Source: a virus
Virus record (IMG/VR): IMGVR_UViG_3300027733_000039
Location: 33,132 to 97,131 of that record
Direction: 5' to 3' (one strand)
DNA: 64,000 bases
Positions 55,434 to 64,000 of this stretch are shown here, piece by piece. The position numbers and the translations under genes are program-made. How positions within the stretch are numbered: the stretch's first letter is position 1; each line of letters starts with the position of its first letter. The notes below the pieces were generated by a model. That model made no database searches and was not told the origin of the DNA. It saw only the letters and a list, made by a program, of their open reading frames with translations.

Positions 55434-57004
55434 CCACTTTTGATTACACAAGCCGAGATTACACGTCCATTCAAGCCGACTTGCTTGCACGTGCTGCTAC
55501 ACAACTACCTGAGTGGACATCTCGGGAAACTTCAGACTTTGGTATGGTCCTTGTAGACCTTTGGTCTTACATGGGAGACGTACTGCATTATTACGTGGAC
55601 CGTGCTGCGGGAGAAGCATTTCTAGGTACGGCTACACAGCGTGAAAGCGTTTTGGCAATTGCTAACTTGTTAGATTATGTACCCGCTGGTCGTCGGGCAG
55701 CCACGGCTGCAATTCAACTAGATGCTTCTTTGACTACAGCCTCTGACACAACGCCTATTTACATACCACAATACACACGCTTTGAAGCATCCCCATTGAT
55801 TGATACGTCTACAAAAGTAGTATTTACTTTAGATACACCTATTGCTTTTGTTGGAACCGTTTCTGGAGCAAGTACAAACCTTGTGTCCGATGGTGTCACA
55901 TACTCTACTTACGCAAAAACAGTAGTACCCTCAGTACTTTTGACAGAAGGAGAGCGCTTTACTGAGACATATACAGCAACTGGACTATCTGGGCAACAAC
56001 TTACTTTACGACAAAGTGGCGCTGTAACGAGCAGTATAACTGTAAGTGTTGGAGAAGGCGCTAATTCTTCAGATGTAAGTTATTCGTATGTAGCAAGAAT
56101 AATTGATGGTGGAAGTAGTTCCAAAGTGTATACGGTTAGCATTGACGCAGACAACTACACAACTATTTCTTTTGGAAACGGCATTAACGGAAAAATACCT
56201 ACTACTAACTCTTCTATATCTATTAGTTACCGACGTAGCCGAGGGGCCGCTGGGAACGTGGTAGTGGGCGCTATTACAACATTAGAAAGTACAACGGTAC
56301 CAAACAAGCCATCCTTAGATGGTTTGCGTGTTATTCCAAACATAAGTAAGGCTAGTGGAGGTGTAGACATTGAATCAATAGCGTCTCTAAAAGCAAACAT
56401 CCCTGTGACATTTAGAACGCAAGATCGTGCTGTTTCTTTACAAGATTACAAAGACATTGTAAAACGTGTTACGGGAATTGTACGGTCAACGGCTTATGTA
56501 GACGGAAGTAATGTTGTTCAAATTTTGGCTATGGAAGAACCTTCAGACTATGGTTCTGCCCTTACATTGGTATTGAGCAACACCAGACGGCAAGAAATTA
56601 TTGATTACCTAGAACCTCGTGAAATTGTATTTGCAACATCAAATGTTGGGGCATCAGTAAGTTTAACAAAAGTAAATATTGTGGCTACAGTACGAGTTCA
56701 AGATGGTTATATTCAAGAATTTGTCAATGATAATGTAAAGACTGCTATACGAAACTTATTTGCTTTTGACAATATGGATTTTGGAGGACGTGTTTCCTTA
56801 GGAACTGTTTACCGTACAATTCTTGATACTGATGGGGTTGATTACGCAGTAATCACTAGATTTACCACTACTGGTAGCAATGTTATTGATAGTAGTGGTG
56901 GGTTTACAGGAGTCATTGCAGCAGATACATCATTACTGACTATTGCAACATCTTCAACTTTTACTGTTACTCCAAGTGGTGGCATCATTGCCTCAGGAGG
57001 TTAA
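55430..57004 (+). CDS. baseplate J-like wedge protein
   Basis: DYTSRDY..DFG..YY.DR..E.FL.TA; GG.D.ES; RAVSL.DY. Confidence 0.88.
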   Translation: MTTFDYTSRDYTSIQADLLARAATQLPEWTSRETSDFGMVLVDLWSYMGDVLHYYVDRAAGEAFLGTATQRESVLAIANLLDYVPAGRRAATAAIQLDASLTTASDTTPIYIPQYTRFEASPLIDTSTKVVFTLDTPIAFVGTVSGASTNLVSDGVTYSTYAKTVVPSVLLTEGERFTETYTATGLSGQQLTLRQSGAVTSSITVSVGEGANSSDVSYSYVARIIDGGSSSKVYTVSIDADNYTTISFGNGINGKIPTTNSSISISYRRSRGAAGNVVVGAITTLESTTVPNKPSLDGLRVIPNISKASGGVDIESIASLKANIPVTFRTQDRAVSLQDYKDIVKRVTGIVRSTAYVDGSNVVQILAMEEPSDYGSALTLVLSNTRRQEIIDYLEPREIVFATSNVGASVSLTKVNIVATVRVQDGYIQEFVNDNVKTAIRNLFAFDNMDFGGRVSLGTVYRTILDTDGVDYAVITRFTTTGSNVIDSSGGFTGVIAADTSLLTIATSSTFTVTPSGGIIASGG

Positions 57005-57007
57005 TAG

Positions 57008-58627
57008 ATGGCACGTCAATCTTTTAGACTAAAGCGAGTCGTTGGTGCTGGAGATGCTGTTGGTGTTGGTTCCTTTGTAAGGGGTACAAGTGCGCTACAA
57101 GGATCTGCTGGTGCTTCTACATTTGATCAAGATTCGGCTATCCGTTCTACAGGCATCATTTCAGTTAACACAATTTCCGCAGAGTCTACGTTTGAAGCAA
57201 TTGCAATTGAGTACAATGCGTCCCTTTTAAATTGGACATTGACGGAACCTTTTATTGAAGTTACATCTATACCAGATGGTTCATCTGGTCTTGTAGGAGT
57301 CGCAATTGTGTACTCACATACGGGGTATCCACAAACCGTTACTGACGGCAAGTTAATCTTTCAAGGCTCAGAAAACACATATCTACACCAACAAACAATC
57401 CAAATAACAACTGACCAAGGTGTAGAGGAAATGTATGAACCAGAACCTGGTAAGTGGGCATATTATTCGTTGTTTGCTTACTATAATAATGACGGTCCTT
57501 ATGGAACTTTCTATTATGAACTGCTATCTCAAATTGAAATAATTGTTCCTAAAGATTATGGGTCACGAAGTGCTCTATGGTCTCGTATTCCTTTGTATTA
57601 CCGTGAACAAGACCTTGTAAATAACAACCAACTAGAGCGATACATTGATACTTTTGGATTTGAACTAGACAAAACAAGAACATTAATTGATACCATGATG
57701 GTTCAATACGACCCATTACTAGCAGAAGCAGAAGCAGTAGATGAACTAGCAAAAATGCTAGGACTTGAACTTGGTGTTTCTGACATTGGCGTGTCACGAA
57801 CAAGAGCGCTTCTTCATGACATTGGTTATTTAAGAAAGAATAAAGGAACATTGGATGCTGTTGTGGATTACGCAACCGCAGTAAGTGGTGGTGACGTTAC
57901 CGTATTCACTGGTGCCTCAGCACCTTTCTATACGTTCTGTGTCCACGCAGAACGTGCAAACTTAATTGCTGACCCACGATTTATTGGTGCCCAAAACTCT
58001 ACATGGGCAGTAACTTCACAAAATAGTGTCACAGTAAGCACAACTCCTGTGGATGGGATTACTATCACAGCGGGAGGAACTGCTACCAAAGTAGCAATCA
58101 CTTGTAAGCAAGCAGTTCCTGTAGACGTAGATCGTTCCTACTATATTTCTGCCGACCTTAGTGCAACACCTGAGATAGTCTATGGTGGTTTTTGGGGGGC
58201 AGGTGCATCTTGGAGTGACTGGTCTGCCACAACTGCTGTTTCTGCTATTCCTCTTGGTATTAACAACCGTTACGCATACCAAATGGCAAACGGTACGGGA
58301 ACTAAATATCCCGTCTTAGTGTTTAAATTAAGTGCAAACCAATCCATTACAGTTTCTAACTGGATGGTTGAGCCAAACAAAGCAGGGTCTTTCTTTGATG
58401 GTAGTAGCATATTTGGTGGTTTCTTGTATCAAGGTTTTAGTTCTGACTACATATGGTCTGGTACCCAATACACTTCGTATTCCACATACACAACCAACAG
58501 GAAACGCACACAGAAAGCATTAGAAGGCTTGCTACCTAAGATACTTCCAGTTACAATGCTAGGTACCTCGGGAGGACAACCTAAATACCGAGTTTACTTT
58601 GATTGGATTCCTGGAAAGACTTTATGA
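57008..58627 (+). CDS. baseplate wedge (P2 gpI-like) protein
   Basis: LA..LG..R.KGT..V; follows baseplate J. Confidence 0.7.
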   Translation: MARQSFRLKRVVGAGDAVGVGSFVRGTSALQGSAGASTFDQDSAIRSTGIISVNTISAESTFEAIAIEYNASLLNWTLTEPFIEVTSIPDGSSGLVGVAIVYSHTGYPQTVTDGKLIFQGSENTYLHQQTIQITTDQGVEEMYEPEPGKWAYYSLFAYYNNDGPYGTFYYELLSQIEIIVPKDYGSRSALWSRIPLYYREQDLVNNNQLERYIDTFGFELDKTRTLIDTMMVQYDPLLAEAEAVDELAKMLGLELGVSDIGVSRTRALLHDIGYLRKNKGTLDAVVDYATAVSGGDVTVFTGASAPFYTFCVHAERANLIADPRFIGAQNSTWAVTSQNSVTVSTTPVDGITITAGGTATKVAITCKQAVPVDVDRSYYISADLSATPEIVYGGFWGAGASWSDWSATTAVSAIPLGINNRYAYQMANGTGTKYPVLVFKLSANQSITVSNWMVEPNKAGSFFDGSSIFGGFLYQGFSSDYIWSGTQYTSYSTYTTNRKRTQKALEGLLPKILPVTMLGTSGGQPKYRVYFDWIPGKTL

Positions 58628-58878
58628 CCTATTTGATTGCAGGGTTAGCCGTTTACAAGTTGATGCAAGTACTAGATCTACTTACACCTAGGGAAGCAAT
58701 GCCTTGGGTAAAAGTTCTTATTGGAGTTGCTTTTGGGTACGGCTCATTATTTATTTTAAATATTCACGACAAGTGGATTTCGGGGTTAGCAGTTGCTACT
58801 ATTGCAGGTGCCTGCCACGGAGTACTTAGATTGATTACTCTCATGGGAGATACGGCACAACGCAAATCAATCAAATAA
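58624..58878 (+). CDS. small membrane protein
   Basis: Three hydrophobic segments; ATGA overlap. Confidence 0.6.
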   Translation: MTYLIAGLAVYKLMQVLDLLTPREAMPWVKVLIGVAFGYGSLFILNIHDKWISGLAVATIAGACHGVLRLITLMGDTAQRKSIK

Positions 58879-58889
58879 ATGGAGCACAA

Positions 58890-59690
58890 GTGTTAAAAAC
58901 ATATGGAGTACTAGGTAACGGAAATACAAATAAGAATGTCATTGAAGATGCATTACGTGAATTAGGGACTGACAACGAGTTCATCGTTGCGTGTGGTTCA
59001 AAGACATCTGAATCAGAGTCACGAGTTTTGAACTGGCTCATTGACATGGAAGTGTTTTACAAGGTGATACATGCAGGTAAGGCGCCTGAAGCATTTCTTG
59101 AGAAAGCAATGACCGTGCATGTTCATCAAGACGCCGTGGGGCCAATGTTGAAGTTGCTAAAGAGCGCTTCGGGAACATTGCTACTTCTTTGGGATGATGC
59201 CCAAATGGATCGCATGGAAGAGATTTGTATTGCTGCTGCTGATGCAGGTATCCCAATTCTAGATTTGACAAATGGTCTTGTACCGATCATGGTCACTGGC
59301 GAAGACACACAAGAACAAGCAGAACCAACAGAGACCGAAGAAGTAGAAATAGAACCCTTCAGTCATGACGAGATGATGTCTATGTCAATTGGTGTCCTGC
59401 GCAAGACCGCAAAGTCACAAGGGATCGCTGTGGATCAACATGCCACAAAAGAAGACATTGTAAAAGCCATCATGTCAGATGCGCCTATGGAAGTAGAAGA
59501 GGAAGAGATCCTCCCACCTATTGAGTTAGGTACGTTTCATGTTGTAACTAGCGCCCCAACTGCCCAAGCAATTACTAGTTCTTATAACACCTGCATGCTT
59601 ACAGCAACATTCCCTAGTGGAGTAATCATGAGCCGTTCTGCAAACGTAGAGGAAGTCAAACAGTTGTTTGGCTTCGGGTCAACTATTTAG
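58890..59690 (+). CDS. hypothetical protein with Rho-N-like helical motif
   Basis: LRKTAKSQGI..TKEDIVKAI; GGAG RBS. Confidence 0.6.
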   Translation: MLKTYGVLGNGNTNKNVIEDALRELGTDNEFIVACGSKTSESESRVLNWLIDMEVFYKVIHAGKAPEAFLEKAMTVHVHQDAVGPMLKLLKSASGTLLLLWDDAQMDRMEEICIAAADAGIPILDLTNGLVPIMVTGEDTQEQAEPTETEEVEIEPFSHDEMMSMSIGVLRKTAKSQGIAVDQHATKEDIVKAIMSDAPMEVEEEEILPPIELGTFHVVTSAPTAQAITSSYNTCMLTATFPSGVIMSRSANVEEVKQLFGFGSTI

Positions 59691-60117
59691 TTGAAGCCTT
59701 AAGTTGCCAGCGCCACTTTTCATGCATGTCAATACGCTCTGCGAGGAAGTTAGCAATACCTTGTTCGTCAGCGTCATTGGCAGCATGAAAGGTTTTAACC
59801 AGGGTTTCTAGAACGCCATCATTTACTTTCAATAATGCTTTTGCCATTGCTTGTGGCTCTGGCTTAACTTCTTTTGCTTCTACTGTTCGCAATTCAGTAA
59901 ATTTGCTCAATGTAAAGGGAGCGTACTCATCCATCTTTCGTATGTTCTCTGCCAATGGGTCAATACTGCTGTAAACGTCTTCATAGATTTCAGCAAACAA
60001 AGCGTGGTACTGACTGAAGTCTTGACCTTCTACGTTCCAATGGTACCCATGTGCAACAAAATACATAGTGACTGCATCAGCCAATGCAACTTTAAGGGAA
60101 TCAATAAGTTTAGACAT
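59683..60117 (-). CDS. dps: Dps/ferritin-like DNA protection protein
   Basis: HWNVEG..F..H..F..IY..D..AE..R; HEKWRWQL. Confidence 0.9.
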   Translation of the reverse strand: MSKLIDSLKVALADAVTMYFVAHGYHWNVEGQDFSQYHALFAEIYEDVYSSIDPLAENIRKMDEYAPFTLSKFTELRTVEAKEVKPEPQAMAKALLKVNDGVLETLVKTFHAANDADEQGIANFLAERIDMHEKWRWQLKASTK

Positions 60118-60377
60118 TAGCAATCCCATTTTCGTAACGCCAAAGCCTTACGAGTAGGTTCTCCATTTGATTGTTTCATTGGACCCTCCATACCACCCAT
60201 TCTGGCACAAAAAGATTTGCGGCGTGCAGCCGCTTTAGGTGATTTTGCTGCTTGCTCGGATGACACAGGTGGTTTAAGGTTATGCCCTTCTGCTTTAGCA
60301 GACGCACGACCTTTAGCATTTAAGCCACCTTCAGGGTTCTTGCCTTCTTTGCGTTGCCAAGCAGCAGTTTTAGCCAT
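60117..60377 (-). CDS. basic protein (DUF6321-like)
   Basis: AWQRKEGKNPEGGLN..RRKSFCARM..WDC. Confidence 0.75.
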   Translation of the reverse strand: MAKTAAWQRKEGKNPEGGLNAKGRASAKAEGHNLKPPVSSEQAAKSPKAAARRKSFCARMGGMEGPMKQSNGEPTRKALALRKWDC

Positions 60378-60601
60378 TACTTTTCTTTCTTATGAGGATG
60401 CTTTGAGTGCCAGCCTTTAGTAGCAGCAACACCTTCTTTAACTGTCTTGGCTCCAGCCACTTTAGTTAAATTAATCTTGTCATTCTTTCCTTTAGTTTTG
60501 CCAAGGTGATCTACAATTATCTTCTTACCTTTTGCGTAAATGACATGAGGCTCGCCACCAGCAGAAATGGTTGCTGGTTTTTGTTTTTTCTTTGCTGACA
60601 T
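60377..60601 (-). CDS. small Lys-rich protein
   Basis: TAATG-coupled, highly basic. Confidence 0.7.
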   Translation of the reverse strand: MSAKKKQKPATISAGGEPHVIYAKGKKIIVDHLGKTKGKNDKINLTKVAGAKTVKEGVAATKGWHSKHPHKKEK

Positions 60602-60765
60602 TACTTCTTTCCTTTTTTAGAAGCAGTCATATTGTCTATGAGGTTTGGGTAAGGACGACCAGCGGCCTTAGCCCGAGCCTTTGCTTTTGACTTTTGCTCA
60701 GGTGATAACTTTCCTGATTTCTTTTTGGGATTAGGTGTATCCCAAACCTCTTTTTTAGACGCCAT
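60601..60765 (-). CDS. 54-aa Lys-rich protein (not in ORF track)
   Basis: MASKKEVWDTPNP..KARAKAAGRPYPNLIDNM. Confidence 0.7.
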   Translation of the reverse strand: MASKKEVWDTPNPKKKSGKLSPEQKSKAKARAKAAGRPYPNLIDNMTASKKGKK

Positions 60766-60767
60766 AA

Positions 60768-60866
60768 CTATTTCTTTTTAGCAGTTTTCTTTGCAGCCTT
60801 TTTAGGACCTTTGCCGTAACCTGCTTGTTTTTTGTCGGTCATACCACAACCACATGTCTTGCACAT
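60768..60866 (-). CDS. 32-aa Cys/Lys-rich peptide
   Basis: MCKTCGCG..KKAAKKTAKKK; AAGG RBS. Confidence 0.6.
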   Translation of the reverse strand: MCKTCGCGMTDKKQAGYGKGPKKAAKKTAKKK

Positions 60867-60912
60867 AAAGTACCTTATCCTTCTTTGTACAGGGTTTTTA
60901 CCATTGTAGCAA

Positions 60913-61003
60913 TTAGGAGGAGGGCTAGTTTGACACGGACGCAGGTTGAAAGGAGGGAAAGACCTGCGCTCTGTAAACCCTGAGGAGGTTGCCCTCCCCC
61001 TAA
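60913..61003 (-). ncRNA. candidate anti-Shine-Dalgarno hairpin RNA
   Basis: 13-bp closing stem, 7-bp apical stem, unpaired AACCUCCUCAGG and CUUUCCCUCCUUUCA; TATAGT -10 at 61020-61015. Confidence 0.55.
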
Positions 61004-61109
61004 CGCTTATCATCACTATACAGCACCAAGTTAAGTGATGGTGCCGTATAGTGGTGTGGACAGTGTAGCATGGGCAACCCAATGTTGAACAACCTGAGGA
61101 GCGTAATTA

Positions 61110-61595
61110 ATGGCACGAAATAATAGGTTAAGTGGACCATTTCTTCCCGTTCCGAGGTGGGTGCTCCCTTACATTGCAACGGACTATATTTCGCATGCCG
61201 TACTGAATCACTTCCTCCAGTACCTGCACCCAGATACCCAGGAACTGACAACCTCTTACCAGCACATCGCAGAGCAGATGGGGTGTGACAGACGAACAGT
61301 GATCCGCTCTATCAAGCGCCTAGAGGAGATTGGGCTGATCGTAAAACAGCAACGAACGAAGAATAATAAGAACCTGACGAACCGCTACTACGTCAATTTT
61401 AACAACCCAATGGTGACACACGAGTCACCACTAGTAGTGACTCTGGAGACACTAGGTAGTGTCACGGGAGACACCACTAGTAGTGTCACCAGTGACACCC
61501 AATCAAGAGTAAATATCAAGAGTAAAAGAATCAAGAAAGGGGAAATTTCTAAAGTGAATATTGATTGGAGGTTGGTAAATGAAGAAGCAGATTGA
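61110..61595 (+). CDS. HTH replication initiator (lambda O/DnaD-like arrangement)
   Basis: SYQHIAEQMGCDRRTVIRSIKRLEEIGLI wHTH, N.Y wing; internal iterons; upstream of loader and helicase. Confidence 0.75.
   Translation: MARNNRLSGPFLPVPRWVLPYIATDYISHAVLNHFLQYLHPDTQELTTSYQHIAEQMGCDRRTVIRSIKRLEEIGLIVKQQRTKNNKNLTNRYYVNFNNPMVTHESPLVVTLETLGSVTGDTTSSVTSDTQSRVNIKSKRIKKGEISKVNIDWRLVNEEAD
61412..61499. repeat. four 18-bp pseudo-palindromic iterons (putative origin)
   Basis: RGTGWC-N6-GWCACY at 61412, 61436, 61458, 61482, followed by an A-rich tract. Confidence 0.7.
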
Positions 61596-61977
61596 TGACT
61601 GGGGCACAGGGTTAGGCTCAGACCCCGACCGTCAGCCAGAGATACACATCCCGAAGGGGAACTCCCGCTCGGCTCTGGTCTACTTCTTTCGTGACAACAT
61701 GCCCACCGAAGCCATGGACAGAATCACCGCCACGGTCAACGCTCCCGCACTTATGAAGGGCTTTGCCAAACTTACACAACGAGGCTTTACACATGAACAG
61801 ATACATGCCATGATCATGGCCTTCGCAAGAGACATAACACGGAGACCGTTACCAGTGGAAGTAGCACCGTGGAGAGCCTTTCTAGCGAACTTAGACAAAT
61901 ATGCAAAGGATGCAACAAAACATGAAGACATTGATACAGCAACCCCATCAATTGACCCACGACTCTCGGAAGGTTAA
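61579..61977 (+). CDS. hypothetical replication-module protein
   Basis: GGAGG RBS; position between initiator and loader. Confidence 0.7.
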   Translation: MKKQIDDWGTGLGSDPDRQPEIHIPKGNSRSALVYFFRDNMPTEAMDRITATVNAPALMKGFAKLTQRGFTHEQIHAMIMAFARDITRRPLPVEVAPWRAFLANLDKYAKDATKHEDIDTATPSIDPRLSEG

Positions 61978-62084
61978 AGCCACTATTCATTGTGTGCTTT
62001 GTGATATTTATTTCTTATACGCAGATGCATACTTAACTCACCCTTGTGCGGTATCATCGTTACCCCCTCACAAAACGGATACAC

Positions 62085-62717
62085 ATGACTGACTGGAAGA
62101 GTTCTAAATACTGGCGCAATCGTTCTACAGAGGAGCGCTTACGTAACTTGCGCCTTCCACCTCGTTATAAGAATTGCTCGTTCAATTCTTTTGAGACCAC
62201 AGAGGCATCCGAACCCTTCAGCAATGCTGTTAGCAAGTGGGCAGGCAACATTGACAAGCGTATGGAAGACGGCATGGGTTTATATATCCATGGCAAAACA
62301 GGTTTAGGTAAAACACACCTAGCCGTGTCTGCTTTAAAAGAAGCAGTTACAAAACACGAGTTGAGTGGACTCTTTCTTTCTTACGACATCTACGTTGAGA
62401 TGGTTCATGACGCTCGTAACAATGACAATGAACTTCCTGACATGTACGGTGACGCCAACTTGCTTAAGTATGTCCGACGTGTTTATGACGTTGTCGTAAT
62501 TGATAACTTGAACGCAGACCGCTTGACTGACTACATGGCAAAGACAGTTTCCAGCATGATTGAATCACGTTATGACATGCAGTTACCGACCATCTTTACA
62601 ACAGACATCAACCCTGATAAATTGTCTGTGTTGTACACCAGCCGTGTGCAATCCATCATTCGTGAATCTTGTTATTTGATACACATCACAGGCGACGACT
62701 ACAGGGCACAACAATAA
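62085..62717 (+). CDS. DnaC/IstB-like AAA+ helicase loader
   Basis: GKTGLGKT Walker A, VVIDNL Walker B, RY..LPTIFTT. Confidence 0.85.
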   Translation: MTDWKSSKYWRNRSTEERLRNLRLPPRYKNCSFNSFETTEASEPFSNAVSKWAGNIDKRMEDGMGLYIHGKTGLGKTHLAVSALKEAVTKHELSGLFLSYDIYVEMVHDARNNDNELPDMYGDANLLKYVRRVYDVVVIDNLNADRLTDYMAKTVSSMIESRYDMQLPTIFTTDINPDKLSVLYTSRVQSIIRESCYLIHITGDDYRAQQ

Positions 62718-62950
62718 TGCCAAGTAAAGTACGCCCACCAAAGACACGTGAGCAAATGGATCGGCGCAATCTCAGAAGCCGTCAACGACGCAAACGTGCA
62801 GTTGTAGTTGTAGTTGAAGGACAACGCATCTGTGCTTACCCAGAATGTACAACTATCTTGAGTCGTTTTAACTCAAGGGACATTTGTGCTTCCCACGAAC
62901 GCTTAACTGCTCGCAGTACTCCACACACTCTTTTTAACTGTGACTTTTAA
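62717..62950 (+). CDS. small basic Zn-binding protein
   Basis: C-x4-C...C-x2-H; TAATG coupling. Confidence 0.6.
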   Translation: MPSKVRPPKTREQMDRRNLRSRQRRKRAVVVVVEGQRICAYPECTTILSRFNSRDICASHERLTARSTPHTLFNCDF

Positions 62951-63390
62951 TGTTTAAGAATGACATTCAGTCATTTGATGACGTTGGCTATGGTGTTATT
63001 TTTGAAGACCTCTTGGCTAGTCCACCTGAAGGTTTAAAAGCAATTGGTAGCGCTCTACACAAAAACCGCAACAATTGGAACCGAGTGTTGAATCTTTGGA
63101 CACCACATGATCTTCCATTGAAGGCTCTTTACGACACAACACATCGTTTAGGTATTGGTGCAGAGGTCTACACATTCCTACATGAAGACGCAGTTGAGGC
63201 TGTGGATAACTGGCTACAGCGTAAAGGAATGTCTCTTCCTGTTCTCTACTACAAAACTTTTGGAGATCTTGAATATGACTTGCGTTTCAAGAGATCCGTC
63301 CGTACAATCTTTGTTCCACACCAAGACCAAGCAGCAGTGTTAGGTATTCGTGCGACAGTCACATCCTCTACAAGCGCTTGGGTACTCTAA
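62950..63390 (+). CDS. hypothetical protein (possible degenerate HAD-like fold)
   Basis: TAATG-coupled ORF before the helicase. Confidence 0.6.
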   Translation: MFKNDIQSFDDVGYGVIFEDLLASPPEGLKAIGSALHKNRNNWNRVLNLWTPHDLPLKALYDTTHRLGIGAEVYTFLHEDAVEAVDNWLQRKGMSLPVLYYKTFGDLEYDLRFKRSVRTIFVPHQDQAAVLGIRATVTSSTSAWVL

Positions 63391-64000
63391 ATGGCATCAA
63401 CTGAACATCTCCTCATCAGCAAGGTTATTCAAACTGCTGACCTCAGCGAAGTCATTGATTCAGGTTTACGTCCCGAGCACTTCAGTGGTGAATGGTCAGA
63501 CGTTTGGTTGTGGGTTCTCAACTATTGGCGTGAGTACGCAACCATTCCATCTCCACGAGTTTTCAAACAAGAATACGGTGACACTCGTCTTCTCAATGCA
63601 GAGAATGAACCATTTGCTGCACTCATTGATGAAATCTATGTTGCTTACAAACAACAGCACCTTGTTGACGCCATCACATCTGCATTGCCTGCTCTTAACA
63701 ACAATGAGACAGAAACTGCATTTAAGAAACTCTCGGAAGGTTTGCAAAAAGCCTCAGTGGAAGTTGCACGCCTCCGAGACATTGACCTCACACAATCATG
63801 GGAAGGACGTCTAGCAAAATATGAAGAAATGCGTAACACTCCGAACGGTCTTCGTGGCATTCCAACGGGGTTCCTTGGTCTTGATCGGATCACTGCTGGT
63901 CTTCGGCCTCAGCAACTTGTCACTTTTGTGGGTGAAGCGAAAAAAGGAAAATCGCTAATCACTCTTATCATGGCACAAGCCGCACACAACCACGGCATTG
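63391..64000 (+). CDS. dnaB: DnaB-like replicative helicase (runs off the window end; not in ORF track)
   Basis: MASTEHLLISK...GIPTGF..LD..TAGL.P.QL...GEAKKGKS Walker A. Confidence 0.85.
   Translation, partial: MASTEHLLISKVIQTADLSEVIDSGLRPEHFSGEWSDVWLWVLNYWREYATIPSPRVFKQEYGDTRLLNAENEPFAALIDEIYVAYKQQHLVDAITSALPALNNNETETAFKKLSEGLQKASVEVARLRDIDLTQSWEGRLAKYEEMRNTPNGLRGIPTGFLGLDRITAGLRPQQLVTFVGEAKKGKSLITLIMAQAAHNHGI

Noticed and set aside
45733-58627. Extracellular contractile injection system or tailocin
   Set aside because: Terminase, portal, scaffold, capsid and replication genes are on the same contig, so this is a phage tail.
60867-61082. N-terminal extension of ORF 60768..61082
   Set aside because: It runs through the hairpin element and promoters; ATG 60866 has its own RBS and -10.
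61901-62092. Possible small Zn-finger ORF (CVLC...HPC)
   Set aside because: Overlaps 61579..61977 substantially and lacks a clear RBS; too weak to list as a feature.

Overview
The window is a 64-kb piece of a large contractile-tailed (myovirus-type) dsDNA phage. The host is probably an actinobacterium; this is inferred from many leaderless TANNNT-N6-ATG starts, an M15 lysin and a gene order like Bxz1/E3-type phages. Layout: (i) 1-2.8 kb, a GC-richer minus-strand early operon with repeated structured leaders, followed by CRP-like and DnaA-box clusters; (ii) 2.8-11.2 kb, accessory genes (paralogous GNAT-like and ParB-like proteins, an ADP-ribosyltransferase, a methyltransferase, a PhyH dioxygenase, a large surface protein); (iii) 11.2-28.5 kb, a modular array of fibre, adaptor and glycine-rich genes; (iv) 28.5-58.9 kb, lysin, terminase, portal, scaffold, capsid, neck, sheath, tube, tape measure and baseplate; (v) 59.7-60.9 kb, Dps plus small basic proteins; (vi) 61.1-64 kb, HTH initiator with internal iterons, DnaC-like loader and DnaB. 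The best novelty candidates are three. First, a ~90-nt hairpin RNA (60913-61003) exposing anti-Shine-Dalgarno segments complementary to the phage's own CCTGAGGAGG ribosome-binding sites. Second, a covarying three-way-junction leader repeated before early genes. Third, an apparent plug-and-socket branched fibre system. All family calls come from motif recognition by eye; no database search was run.
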